Shown: positions 11,392-24,925, counted from the first letter of the stretch. The stretch is DNA of 42,311 nucleotides from Octopus bimaculoides (GCF_001194135.2 NC_068992.1:32227312-32269622), one strand, 5' to 3'. Notes: a model not told the origin generated them from the sequence alone. Translations and numbers: made by a program.

Positions 11392-12664
11392 TCGATGTTT
11401 AGCCCATCTTTTCTAGGGCCTTCTTCACTTGAGGTGGGTTGCGAGAACCCTAAATAGGCTAGCCCAGTCGCGAACATAGCTACCACCCAACAGAGTTAAC
11501 GCAAGGTCAATGATTGAATGGTCATCACATGCTCACCTCCTACTTGTAGGATCGGGACTAGAGACTTCCAGCTCCATCAGGGTCAGTCCCCCTTATCCGT
11601 AGCCCGCCGCCATAGGACTTAGGCGGGGGAGTAGGAAAGGAAAGAAAATAACACTGGATGCCATGGCGTAATTTTGTTTAAGGTGGACCGCCACTTGCCA
11701 GGCAGAAGCCCACTCACTTGGATCAGAGGATGTCATCAGTGGCACCGTGGAGGAGACGTACTGACTTTGACCTGTGAGTTACAGCGAGCTGCCGTAGACC
11801 AGTTCCTTTAAGCCACGCCTTGTTGTAGCCAGCCCGCTTGGCATAGCCTTCTTCCGCTGTCACAGCCATTGAGAGACATAGATGTCGCTTCGTCTTCCTG
11901 ATCAACCGTTGAGGACTTGATGATTCTTTCTCGTAGCCTTAGCCTAAAGAGGCACCCTGCAAGGCAGCAGAGGAGGATCCAATTTTTACCCATTGCTGGA
12001 CCCCTAACAGGTGCCACCAAACCGGGCCAGAGCGGACCTCGGAGAAATGGCAATTAAGGGTGTCTCCACGCTCCCCATAACTCCTGTCCTCCCTGACTGG
12101 AGCTTCACCACCGTTTGCAGTTTTGAATCTTACCCAGGACATATTAGACGTGATATGTTTGATAAAACGCGTAATTCGGTTTACCTTATTTATAGATGCA
12201 TGACCAATGATTCCAAACTATACATATACTATTCAAGTAGTCAATGTGTCATTTTCCTCCTCAATACATCGATCATGGCATTGTTGATCACGCAGCCGTT
12301 CACTACATGATTTACATTCTATATTAATCTTTGCTCTTCTACAAACATAATTTTTTGTATAATTTTTCATGTGGAATAACTATGGTTGGTATACTTATTC
12401 CGCTTGTATAAGTAATTACAGTGGAGAATATTAATTAGCAAGATATATCGAAGCAAAATTTACAAATGCAGCATAAATATTAAAGGGAGCGTGTCTTTGC
12501 GTTCATATTTCGGGTTAAAGTGTGGGATTTTTAGTACCTAAGCTCTATATGAAAAAATAAAGAAACACAATAGTATTAACATGATAATATTAATAATTAA
12601 TAATATTAATAACTTGATAATATTAATATTAATATTCATAATGCTAACACTTTTTTCTCCCATA

Positions 12665-12840
12665 GGCAGTGGGAGTGAAATTTTCGAAGCGTTTAGTCGA
12701 TTATATTGACCTCAGTGTTCAAGGAATAATTACTACGACTCTGAAAGGCTGATAAGCAAATTGATCTCATAATGTAGTCTGGTCGAAATGGCACTTAGCA
12801 TGTTATCTGCTGTGCTAACGATTTTGCCTGCCCACCACCT
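12665..12840 (-). mobile_element. tRNA-derived SINE, decayed
   Basis: Reverse complement begins AGGTGGTGGGCAGGCAAAATCGTTAGCAC and aligns by eye to the copies at 21871 and 29585. Confidence 0.55.
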
Positions 12841-12849
12841 TAATAAAAT

Positions 12850-13943
<1,094 letters not shown>

Positions 13944-15870
13944 AAGAGAGAAGGCACTATACTGCAACGCAAGACCAGGCTTCGTCAATGCTCTCGAAGG
14001 ACATCTCTGTGTTAGACTGAAAAGAGAAACGGAGGGCTTAAAAGAGAACAAAAATCCAGGGCACTGAAATGGAAGAATAATATTGAAAGAAAGGTCCTGA
14101 ATGTAGTAATGGAGGAACTGAAACAGCGCCTCGTTACAAAGAAAACAACGATGGTAAGATATGAGCAAAGAATGAGGGTTTACCACCAGAATAGGTTATT
14201 CAAAGTAGATCAGAAGGGATTCTATAGAGAAAAAAATAGAAAGTGTACAGATGAAAAGTTGATACCAGATAACATTGAAAGTCAAATGTTTTGGAGTGAC
14301 ATCCGGCGCAAAGACAAGGAGCACAAGAAGGATACTGAATGAAACAAGCTGAAACAAACAGTAGTCTGTGCAAAACATGCAGAACTAGTCATTTCAGTTA
14401 GGGAAGTGAAGGAAATCAGCAAAAAAATTGAGCAACTGGAAGGCTCCGGGACCAGATAGATTTCAAGGCTACTGGATCAAAAGATTTGGTGAATGTAATG
14501 CGCGAATGGTTGCGCAACTCAACACCTTGTGAAATGCTGACCAAGGAACATCAGAGTGGTTGACATTGGGTAGGACAGTGCAGTGCCTGAAAATCATCGA
14601 AAGAGGCAATACGGTAGACAATTACAGGCCAATATCCTGTTTGGCACTATGTGGACGTTATTGACAGGAATACTCGCAGAGTCAATGTACGAACATCTAG
14701 AAAAAAAAAGAGAATCCTGCCTCATGAGCAGAAGGGGTGAAAGCGTAAGCGCATAGGTACCAAGGATCAACTCCTGAGAGATAAAACCGTACTGAGAGAC
14801 TGCAAGTGGAGGAAAAGTATCTTAGCCATGTCATGGTTCGACTATCGTAAGGCGTACGATATGATCCAACGTTCTTGGAATATGGAGTGTATAAACCTGT
14901 TTGGGATTGCATCGAATGTTGAGCGATTGCTTGTAAAAAGTATGGCAAATTGGATGACGGATCTGTGAGCATACAGAAGAGGTCTACGAACAGTAGAGAT
15001 TAGGAGGACATCTTCCAAGGGAACTGTCTATCCCCACTGATGGTTGTACTGTTTGATACCACTAACGCTGATTCTCAGGAAAGCAAAAGCTGGGTGTGTA
15101 TTCAAAAGCTGCCAACAAAAAGTCAACTAATTGTTATTAATGGATGATCTCAAACTTTATGGTAAAGATGAAGCCGAAGTCAGTTCCCTCGTTCATACGG
15201 TGTATGCCTTCAGTGCTGAAATCAGAATGGAGTTCGGACTGAGAAAGTGCAGTGTATTAATATTGAAGAGAGGCAAAATAAAATGCATGGACGGGTTAAC
15301 GATACCGTCGGGGAGGTTATAAATCAGATAGAACGGACGAGGTATAAGTACTTGAGGATTTTGTAAATGGACAAGTTGATGGAGAAAGAAATGACAGAAA
15401 AACTTGAGGTGGAGTACTTGCGCAGAATGAGACTGATCCTTAAGTCGAAATTAAACGGACAGAATAAGATAGAAGCGGGCGGATTCACTCCGTATATATG
15501 GAGCAGGGGTAATCTCATGGACAGTAGACGAACTAAATAAATTAGACTGAAAGAGAAGGAGGTTACTAACTTGGTATGGGTTACTCCACCCAATACGTGA
15601 CGTAGACAGATTGTACATACCAAGAAAAAAGGAGAAGTGGTCTTATTGGATTTGAACACAGCATTACAGCAGAAGAAAACAAAATAGCATGGTATGTAAA
15701 ACAGGCTACAGAACCGCTAGTATTAGAAGTAAGAAGATCAGGCATGTGTAGGATGAACGAGCGCAAAGCACTATACAAGAAATTGAAAACCAATGAAACT
15801 GAAATTAGGTGAGTAAAGAAAGGAAAGCATGGTCAATTTTATAGGGATATTGACGATAAGACAGACGGTA
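13944..15870 (+). mobile_element. R4/Dong-like LINE fragment including the RT domain, heavily decayed
   Basis: EELKQRLVTK..RYEQR..YHQNRLFKVDQKGFYRE, DNYRPISCL, KDQLL.DK.VL.DCK, WFDYRKAYDMI..SW, LLMDDLKLYGK, MEFGLRKC, VDRLYIPRKKG, KHGQFYRDI. Confidence 0.9.
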
Positions 15871-18699
15871 GTTATAGGTATATATAATTGAGTACATGTA
15901 CGTATGTAGAAATGTAGGAATATATTCATACATGTGCATATNNNNNNNNNNNNNNNNNNNNNNNNNNNNNNNNNNNNNNNNNNNNNNNNNNNNNNNNNNN
16001 NNNNNNNNNNNNNNNNNNNNNNNNNNNNNNNNNNNNNNNNNNNNNNNNNNNNNNNNNNNNNNNNNNNNNNNNNNNNNNNNNNNNNNNNNNNNNNNNNNNN
16101 NNNNNNNNNNNNNNNNNNNNNNNNNNNNNNNNNNNNNNNNNNNNNNNNNNNNNNNNNNNNNNNNNNNNNNNNNNNNNNNNNNNNNNNNNNNNNNNNNNNN
16201 NNNNNNNNNNNNNNNNNNNNNNNNNNNNNNNNNNNNNNNNNNNNNNNNNNNNNNNNNNNNNNNNNNNNNNNNNNNNNNNNNNNNNNNNNNNNNNNNNNNN
16301 NNNNNNNNNNNNNNNNNNNNNNNNNNNNNNNNNNNNNNNTATATATATACATATATATAATATGGATAGATGTATTTGTACTTTTGTGATTTGACACACG
16401 GCACTAACGCAGTTTCCTAATGTACGCTTACACACGAATTTCTAAGACGTCTTAGTGTCGTTGTATAAAATATTGCTGGTATATGCTGCACAATATTTAT
16501 TTTCATGTTATTACTCGCCAGTTGTATGAAATCTTCAGTTTTGAATAAACGTAAGAAAGACGCAAAAGAAATTACCTTAAAACGATATATGTACGAGAGT
16601 CATTCATCTATGGCTTTGGAATTGAGGTTTCCCGTTAGAGCCAGCTGTTGCGTCTTTCAGATTTACCAACGGTATTTGATATTTGTATCTTCTCTGAGAG
16701 AATACTCAGTAGCCTGTTATTCACTTAGATTTTCGTTGCTCAGTCTTCTTGTCCCTACCATATTCTACTATTAGACTTAGGAATTATTCTGTATCGCGGA
16801 CACAAACGTATGCTAACATATACGTGTCAGCTCATATTTTGCTATATAATTATCAGAGATTTTGCAGGGTACTTAAATATGTACTAGGAATGTGCTGAAG
16901 GAGTTTCCTAATTATTATGTACATCACTTAACAACATTGGAACTTCTTCTAGTGGAAGGATTAAATAACATTTCAAGTATACCTACACCAGCAAAATGTG
17001 AGATAATGACTTGAGTGTTAAAATAAATGTCATTTCTTGATATTTGTTATTGAAACCTGGGGTTTAGTATTGTGATATTTATGCAATATATCACTGTTAC
17101 TCTTACAATGTACGGAATTTACGATTAAATGCGTGAAATAGAAATCACCAAAACCACCAAATCATATTCAATTCTTAGTGAATAACATCTATCACTTAGA
17201 TTTGATAATTGACACATTCCATTAGATTGAATGATTGAAACCGCTATAACATCTCTATATGCACAACCTGCTCTCTTCAGAAAATGAAGTCGAAACATTC
17301 TAAGAAAAGACATTAAAGAGACAGAGAGGGAGAGAGAGAGGGCGAGAAAGAGAGGGGGATAACTAATAAATTGGAGGAAGAAGTAAACAATGACATTTCG
17401 GGATTATTTCTATCACATTGCCGATTTTTGCAAGTGCTGTGCATTCTTCTCTTATTACATTAAATGGCAGTCCAAACTAAGTATGAAAATTGCTGGCTAT
17501 ATGTGATTGCAAACAACTGTTCAAAGATAGGAAGAAAAAAGCTAACACTGTAAGCTGTAAGTTTATCAACAGAAATGTATGCAAAAGAATTATATAGTAC
17601 TTATGCCCCGTATACCGAAAAATGATGTCGTAGAAATGATAATAAAACAAGTAGATGAGTGGTTCATAAAAGGAGAAAGAAAGATATATTTGTGGAGGTG
17701 TGCATTAGAAAGAATTGTTTTCACCAATTCACCGAAATTTGCTTTTATTTAGACGTGAGGTTAATATAATGTGCTTAATACTATCACATATATGAAACAA
17801 CATAACATGTTAATTGGAAACATATTCTATATTGATGTTATTTCCAGTTAGTCATCAAATATATTGCGTGGTAATATCACTGTTGAACATTGTTGTACAG
17901 AAATTTAAATATAAAATATTGCTGACAGACACGACTTCCGAATACACCTTTTATAATGCATTTTTCAAGCTGTTTACAGCTCTACACTTTTCTCCCAGGT
18001 CAAGATGACAGTGATTATGTGATTTCGATGTCGGTACAACTTTAGTTTCTGACAATCGTTGGTTGGTGAGTAAATCTTGCTCTCTAAAGCCAGATCCGAT
18101 TAGAACATGTTTTGCTTTCTTCTTGCATTGCCTTATGAACTCTGCTGCACTCTTACGCAAAAGTTAAAAGTAATTGCATGAAGAGCTGAGTTGTCCCCTA
18201 CTGAACGACAGTTTATTATTCGGACGGTGAAGACACTATTTCAAACAAGGTCCGCTTAGACTAATCTTTTAACTGTAAGTGTAAGCTTACTATTCTCTGA
18301 TTTTATATACTACAGTAATTTCAATCAAAATCAAATTTATCAGGTTTCAGGGCCCATAATATTTTCATTGATGAATGAATATATATATATATATAAATAT
18401 ATATATATATATNNNNNNNNNNATGTAAGAAGAAAAAAGAGCGAAAATGCACATTGGGAATCAAAAAAGTAAAGGTTTTTTATGAAAAGTAATGATAGTT
18501 ATATACAGTTAGATGAACTAAGGTAGGAATAACAGTAATAACAATCATTATTGTGAATCGTTAAAGAGATTCAAACGTATACCGATTTCATAAAATTACT
18601 GTTCACTGGTATTGAATGTGCATCGATTACCGAACGAAGTCGGGTCTACTAGTCCCTGAGTAAAAGCATTTTGTGTAAGGGAAGTTAGTAGTTCTGGGT

Positions 18700-19660
18700 T
18701 TGGTTCAATTAGGGTAGATACAATAATGTAATGTGGATGATGTATGGGATGTATGAGGGTTAGTGGTAGTAATTGAAAGGTGAGTAGTGTTCTGAATCAT
18801 GTTATCTCTTCTTATTGAGTTGTGGAAGATATTTATTGATGAAAGTTGCCTCTTTATTCTTTCTTTGCTGTACTGAGGTGTTCTCTGAACATTGATAGAG
18901 GGGAAAATTAGGAAATTAGGATTAAGGATCATAGCACACCTTTCTATGTGTTCACTGACCTGTATCTGGCTGTATTGTGGGTGGCAGATTTGTTCTTTGT
19001 AAAGAGTGGTACTTCGACAGAGTGATATTCCTGTTTAGCCAATATACTGATTACCGCACTCTAAGCATGTAATGGCATAGATTGAGTTTTTCCGAGGCAC
19101 AGGTGAAATTTTATCTAATCTTAAATATTTCACCTTGTTTAAAGTGGAAATCTGAACCCTCCAACAGATGGAGGCATGTGCCACAGGTATGTCGACCACA
19201 TTATTTTTTTTACTTTTGGTTCCGTTGTTAATGGATATAGTCATGCGTTGGTTAATATTTTTTTCAATGATTTCGGTTGCATCTTGCTTTTGATAATTGT
19301 GTGTGAGCCTAAAATTTTGTTCATTGTTTTAACTCCTGTGAGGATGGGTACATTTTGGATGATAATATTGAAGGCTTCATTGTCTCTAGTGTTATGTGTA
19401 GTGATGCATGCTAGTATTTTAAAGTTTAGAGCAATCCTCTAAATACTTCTTCCAGTTCTTTAAATAGCAATGAAATGAGGTACCATATTTTTGTGGTAAT
19501 GGTTGTTATATTTTGAGTTCTGGATAACCCATTACAAGGTTCGCAATCACCGGGGCAGCTCGGCTTCCTATTGCAATTCCACAATAATGTCGATAGTAAA
19601 CTATATTGAACATGAAATAGTTGTTCAGTAGGAAAAATTTGATTGATGCGATTCTGAATC
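18700..19660 (-). mobile_element. Penelope-like element fragment: RT C-terminal half plus GIY-YIG, decayed
   Basis: YYRHYCGIAIGSRAAPVIANLVMGY (PLE RT motif G.AMGS..AP..ANL.MG), then FHFKQGEIFKI..NFTCAS and NSIYAITCLECGNQYIG; clearly related to the 3.5-kb copy. Confidence 0.85.
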
Positions 19661-19663
19661 TGT

Positions 19664-19699
<36 letters not shown>

Positions 19700-19701
19700 G
19701 A

Positions 19702-19786
19702 AGTGTATTGCCACTTAAGTGTGGCTGACCCCTAAGGGTGGATGTTACTGTTGTTTTAGCTCCAGGACACAGTAGTGTGTCGATAA
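19702..19786. repeat. Copy 2 of the 213-322 repeat, internally inverted, cut by a gap
   Basis: 19702-19760 is the reverse complement of ~264-322, while 19763-19786 matches 213-236 directly. Confidence 0.8.
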
Positions 19787-20332
19787 NNNNNNNNNNNNNN
19801 NNNNNNNNNNNNNNNNNNNNNNNNNNNNNNNNNNNNNNNNNNNNNNNNNNNNNNNNNNNNNNNNNNNNNNNNNNNNNNNNNNNNNNNNNNNNNNNNNNNN
19901 NNNNNNNNNNNNNNNNNNNNNNNNNNNNNNNNNNNNNNNNNNNNNNNNNNNNNNNNNNNNNNNNNNNNNNNNNNNNNNNNNNNNNNNNNNNNNNNNNNNN
20001 NNNNNNNNNNNNNNNNNNNNNNNNNNNNNNNNNNNNNNNNNNNNNNNNNNNNNATATATATATATATATATATACAGATATACACACACGTCAAATATAA
20101 GGATACAATCTTTCACAAAATCTCTATCGGTGGCCAGCATGGCCAGCATATTAAAATACCTTTTAAGATTAAAATTATAAACAATTATAAATAAGGGCAA
20201 AGGAAAGTAAATTTTGTATTTTCTATGCCAAAATGCTGAGAAATAGACTTTAGACCGTTTAACCACGTACAATATCTTTCACTATAAATACAAAACGCGG
20301 AAAGCAAGCTAATAGAAGTTTTTTAATCGTTA

Positions 20333-20393
20333 TTCCCGATTCGGGCCGATGTCTGGATTAATCCAAATGGATTCTTCCTTCTTCAGCGAGAAA
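20333..20393 (-). ncRNA. Type I hammerhead motif, unit 1 (GAAA to GACA and U16.1 to A; likely inactive)
   Basis: UUUCUCG-CUGAAGA-A-GGAAGAAUCC(AUUU)GGAUUAAUCC-A-GACA-UCGGCCCGA-AU-CGGGAA. Confidence 0.7.
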
Positions 20394-20800
20394 CGTAATG
20401 AGAATACATGCAATACTGACATATGCCAACGGGAAAAGTAGGCACAAAATCAAGAGTACATTTAAGTACCCCAAATGTATCTAAACAGAAATTCCGTAGT
20501 AAGCCTTAGCACATGTGTAGACGGTCAGGAAACTCACGTAAAGTTGTTAGCAGTTCCGAACTGAATGGCAATAAATTTACTTCTTATTAAAGGATAATAA
20601 TTTTAAAAATAAGAAATTATCGGTGGCCAGCATATTAAAATATCTATTAAAGTGAAAATTTTAGACATTTATAAATAAGGGCAAAAGAAAAGAAATGCTT
20701 TATGCCAATATGCCCTTAAATAGAGTTTAGATCGTTTAACCACATACAATATATTTCATTATAAATACACAGCCTGTTGAAACGTGGAAAGCAATCGTTA

Positions 20801-20860
20801 TGCCCGAATCGGACCGACTTCTGTATTAATCCAAAATGATTCTTCTTTCTTCGACCAGAA
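20801..20860 (-). ncRNA. Type I hammerhead motif, unit 2 (core decayed)
   Basis: UCGAAGA-A-AGAAGAAUCA(UUUU)GGAUUAAUAC-A-GAAG-UCGGUCCGA-UU-CGGGCA. Confidence 0.55.
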
Positions 20861-21219
20861 TATATGGAATACTTACATATACCCACGGAAAAAGCACACA
20901 TAAAGTAATGTGTACATTTATGCACCCCAAACATATCGAAGCAGAAATTCTGTAGCAAGTCTTAGCACACTTGTAGACGGTCAGAAAACTCATGTAAGGT
21001 GGTTGGCAGTGCCGAAGTGAATGTTAATTCATTACTTCTAATATAAGGATAAAATTTCTGAGAAAACAATAATTCTCGGTGGCCACTATATTAAAAACCT
21101 TTAAAGATGAAATTTATTAGCAAATATAACAAAGGGTAAAAGAAAAAAATCTTAATCCAATATGCTGAAAAATAGACTTTAGATTGTCTTATGACATATA
21201 ATATTTTACATTATAAATA

Positions 21220-21711
21220 ATCGGTCCGATTCGGGAATTATGAATTTTTAAAATTTCTGTTAGCTTGCTTTCGTCGTTTCAACACGCTGTGTATTTATAG
21301 TGAAAAGTATTGTACGTGGTTAGACAAGCAAAAGTATATTTTCAGCATAATGGCTAAGAATTTTTCCTTTCTTTTGTCTTTATTTATAAATGTTTATAAT
21401 TTTCACATTAGAAGGTATTTCGATATGCTAGCAACCCATAAGTTTTCTTTTTTTGGTGAAAAATTTCCTCCTTATTAGAAATGAATTTATTACCATTCAT
21501 TTCGGGACTGCTAACCACTTTACGTGAGCTTCCTGGCTGTCTACACGTGTGCTATGGCTTACTATGACATTTCCGTTTAGATATATTTGGGGTACTTAAA
21601 TGTACACATGATTTTGCGTCTGCTTTTTCCGTGGGTATATGTAAGTGTCCCATTTATTCTCATCGTATTTTTCGCTGAAGAAGGAAGAATCCTTTTGGAT
21701 TAATCCAGAAA
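21220..21711 (+). ncRNA. Unit-length monomer whose two ends are the two halves of an intact hammerhead
   Basis: The start 21220-21237 is ATCGGTCCGATTCGGGAA (stem III, AUU site, stem I 3'). The end 21668-21711 is TTTTTCG-CTGAAGA-A-GGAAGAATCC-TTTT-GGATTAATCC-A-GAAA. Confidence 0.75.
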
Positions 21712-21870
21712 TATGAATAGATTATGATGATGTTCAGTAAAATATTAATTATCTATATAGTTATTGAATTATGGTGCGAAGACAAAACGAGAATGTCCAG
21801 GAATAACATTTTCCCACTAAGCTCAGTGAAAGAGACCCAATGGCGTTCATAATTAGGAAACAGATTTTAA

Positions 21871-22085
21871 GGCGGTTAGCTAGCGAAATGGTTAACATGC
21901 GGGGAATAATGCTTAGCAGAATTTCGTCCGTCGCTACCTTCTGAGTTCAAATGCCACCGAGGTCGACATTGTCTTTCGTCCTTTCGGGATCAATTAAATA
22001 AGCAGCACTCGAGCAGTATGGTCGATGTAATCGACTTATTTCCTTCCCCGAAATTCCCGGTCGTGTTCCAAAATTTGAAACTAAT
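21871..22085 (+). mobile_element. tRNA-derived SINE
   Basis: Head GGCGGTTAGCTAGCGAAATGGTTAAC, B-box-like GAGTTCAAATGCC, core GAGGTCGAC..TGTCTTTCGTCCTTTCGGG; related copies occur elsewhere in the window. Confidence 0.7.
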
Positions 22086-23469
22086 AATTTGCGAAAAGAG
22101 CCGAAAATTAGTATAACATAAATAATATGTCACGAAAGTAATTTCAGCAATGACCATCTATTATAATGGTCGTATAGAGTTGTGCTTCTACATTTGTTCC
22201 ATAGAATAAATATACTAGTAACAGAAATTAACATAATGTTAACTGCTCTATAATATAATTCTGCCATGATAACTGATAGCTATAATGGAATATTCAGTGA
22301 AACACATCAGTTTATTTAATAATTTATTGCATTTACGTTTTGAAATCTTCTGGGGTCGAAATATTAACTTCATTATATCAAGGGAGTGAACCAAGACAGG
22401 AAGTGATCTATGTCTGATGTTTTTCAAATGTAACATCTACCGGTATATAACAATATTTTCATTACTTTACATTCTGCTTTTAACTATATTGGGCGAATGA
22501 TATCGATTTAAATTATTCAATCGTTCCGTGAGTATTACCATGTTTCACAACTTACATGAAAATGCACAGCGTTAAACATCCGTGTTCCTGTGGGGAACGC
22601 CATTTATTTTTATATATAGCTATATCAGTTGATAACATAATGGACATATTTCCAAATCTTAATACTTTGGATACAACCATCAAAGTATCTGTATAAATCT
22701 GAAATTCAATATGTGTAAATGTAAATGTAAAATTACATTTTCGTGCGAATCTCGAAAATGAATGAGTTTTCACTGGTTTCATAACGAAATACATTTTTCG
22801 TATATTCTTGATTAGAACCCCTAATAGCATCCCATTAGCATGTAAACATAAGTGTTATTTAGCATTAATGTCAAACGCTGAAACTTAAATAAAAATACTA
22901 AAAAATATTTTTTTTGCTGAAAATTGAGTGAAAGTGAGTAGGAATTAAAAGGAAGCTGATTCGTTTCTTCAATGCCAGTACAGTCGTTTCTTTATATTTC
23001 AAAAAGTAACTACTCTAATACTTCGCGTAATGATCTAGCGCCTTACACTGTTCTTTGATAGAACGAAGCACAGTAATTTCGCAAAATAAATGTTATACAT
23101 TCATAAATCTCTTTCAAGTGCATAATCACTTGCATGTGCCTGACTCTGATCTTTCCTTCAGTCACTCAATTAGCTTGCACATTGGTTTTCTGCACGCATT
23201 CTCAGTCCACAACTCCTCAATTACTCCTTTTTTTTTTTCTGAAAAGCTATCTAATTAATAAACTTCCAAATAAAATTGTAATTCAGCGAAAAGCTAGTTA
23301 AGAGTACGGTATATATTTATAGGAAAACAAATTCATTGTTTTCAACTATAGATGTTCTTAAATCATATTTGCTTTCATTTTCTGATTTTCTCAATTTTCG
23401 CATATAATTAGACGAGTCCAAATTTTGCAATATTTTCAAATGTGTTTGTTTGCGGCATATATACCTAGA

Positions 23470-24190
23470 GCGGGTAAAATTACCAAGATTCATGGGTGTG
23501 TTCTCTCCAGCGGTCTTTGTTCCACATCACTGCTTCCAAGTTCTCTGTCTCCCAGAAACCAGTGTCTGTCATTAGGGCATCAGCATGTGTCATCCTCGGT
23601 TTCCCTCTTCAAGTGCAGTATCAACTCTAAATGACGGTGAGCATGTCCAACAAATCTAAGTCTCCCCTCTGTTATTTTCGAGCAAACTATTGGAAAGCTG
23701 TCGTAGAACTCTGAGTTCTTCATCTTCAGTGTATACTGACTAATCTTCAGAGCCATCCCCAGCATTCTTCTGCATCAGCCATCCTCTATCTGAGTGAGTT
23801 TCTTGGTCAGTGTCCAAGTCTTACAACCATCCAACAGCACAGACACCACTGAAGCAAAGAAAAATCTCAAACTATGGTATACTGTCCAGCCTTTGCGGTT
23901 CCTCTCAACTATATCATCCTTTGTGTTCTAAAGCTTTGCTCCCAGATACAGGAGGTCCTCAACCAACACCAGTGGCTTCCCGCATAGATTCATTATCTTC
24001 TCTGGCTTCTTAGCGTTCTCTACCCGATACGTCGACTTAATTTCATTCATTTTCAGCCCCACACTCATCGACACTGTCTCCACCTCCTACATCATCTCCT
24101 ATATTTCAGGTGACCAAAACTGTTCAAGCGGTGGAAGGTTTTATCTGAGGTTGATAGCATCGTGATCGCTGGTGCGCTGAACACGTTCGT
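23470..24190 (-). mobile_element. RTE-like LINE fragment (RT thumb / C-terminal region)
   Basis: Manual translation LRFFFASVVSVLLDGCKTWTLTKKLTQIEDG*CRRMLGMALKIS...EGRLRFVGHAHRH matches the recalled SVLLYGCETWTLT / RMLRMAL / RLRFAGH pattern. Confidence 0.8.
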
Positions 24191-24589
24191 TACCTCAATC
24201 CGTATGTAATTTCACACAGATGAATATGCTGTGTAGTCTAATTTGGGAACGTATGCTTTCCTTATTCGAAGTGGGCCATATCACTGCAGGCTTAACCAAA
24301 AACATTTGCTGTGCAAAACCTGTGATGTTGCAGTTAATCACTGTACTGTAAGCAGATGATTCGATATATTCGATATATTTCTTTCTACTTACAAGAATTC
24401 TACGGTCTGGCAAGGTCAGATACGGCTAAAATAGTTATTCTTATGTCGAGCCCCAAGCCAAAAAAGGCACTTGAGCAGTATCAGCACTTGGGCAGTATCA
24501 GGCCAGTTCGGCATCTCACTGAGCCATTGTACCCTCATTTGTTAAAATATTCTCATTTGTTAACAAAAAGCAAGTTCAACTGCAGCAAG

Positions 24590-24925
24590 ATAACGTATGA
24601 GAAAACTGAACTGATGCAACACCTAACATATAGTCCGGATGTGGCCCCCATGGATTACTACTTGTTCCGACTCATAGCACACGAGCTGCGACTGTGACAC
24701 TTCCTCAACCAAGTGGTCATGGAATATTCAATGAAGGAGTTCTACGTCTCGAAGGACAAGAACAAGTATTAGCGTGGGATCAAAGAACTAGGAGAAACGT
24801 TGCTTCAGATGGAGCAACACGATAGCCCCTACTTTGACTCTACGCTCCTTTTATTGTAACTTGAAGATTAAAGGATTTTAGTAACATGTTACGTCACTAA
24901 ATATTGCAAAATGTTTGACTCAACG
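24590..24925 (+). mobile_element. Mariner transposase C-terminal fragment
   Basis: QHLTYSPDVAPMDYYLFRLIAH (mariner YSPDLAPSDYHLF motif), followed by EFYVSK..RGIKEL..DSPYFD. Confidence 0.88.

Larger units (their letters stand above)
8104..12143 (-). mobile_element. Full-length RTE-clade LINE (APE + RT), disabled by frameshifts and stops
   Basis: APE start TWKVRTQLDNKDTNRPARRTALV, RT motifs, (AAC)-rich 3' tail at ~8101-8122, ~750-bp 5' UTR, and candidate TSD TTAGACATGAT (8093-8103) / TTAGACGTGAT (12144-12154). Confidence 0.93.
20092..21712. repeat. ~490-bp unit array (about 2.3 tandem units plus one inverted unit), each complete unit carrying a hammerhead motif; retrozyme-like
   Basis: Anchor TCGGTGGCCA at 20127, 20620 and 21076 (spacings 493 and 456). 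21220-21711 is an inverted, permuted full unit. Confidence 0.88.

Noticed and set aside
11560-11640. GC-rich, pseudoknot-like segment in the RTE 5' UTR as an HDV-like ribozyme
   Set aside because: RTE UTRs can carry such ribozymes, but I could not find the P1 5' strand or the catalytic C. It needs a descriptor search.
16442-16455. Perfect 14-bp palindrome CTAAGACGTCTTAG
   Set aside because: Isolated, with no context; plausible by chance.
18570-18620. Minus-strand ...GAAATCGGTA downstream of the PLE copy as its HHR
   Set aside because: The upstream core (GTGAACA) and stems are too degraded to support a call.
20092-21712. CRISPR-like array or protein-coding repeat
   Set aside because: The units are ~490 bp with no short repeat-spacer pattern and no conserved ORF; the context is eukaryotic.
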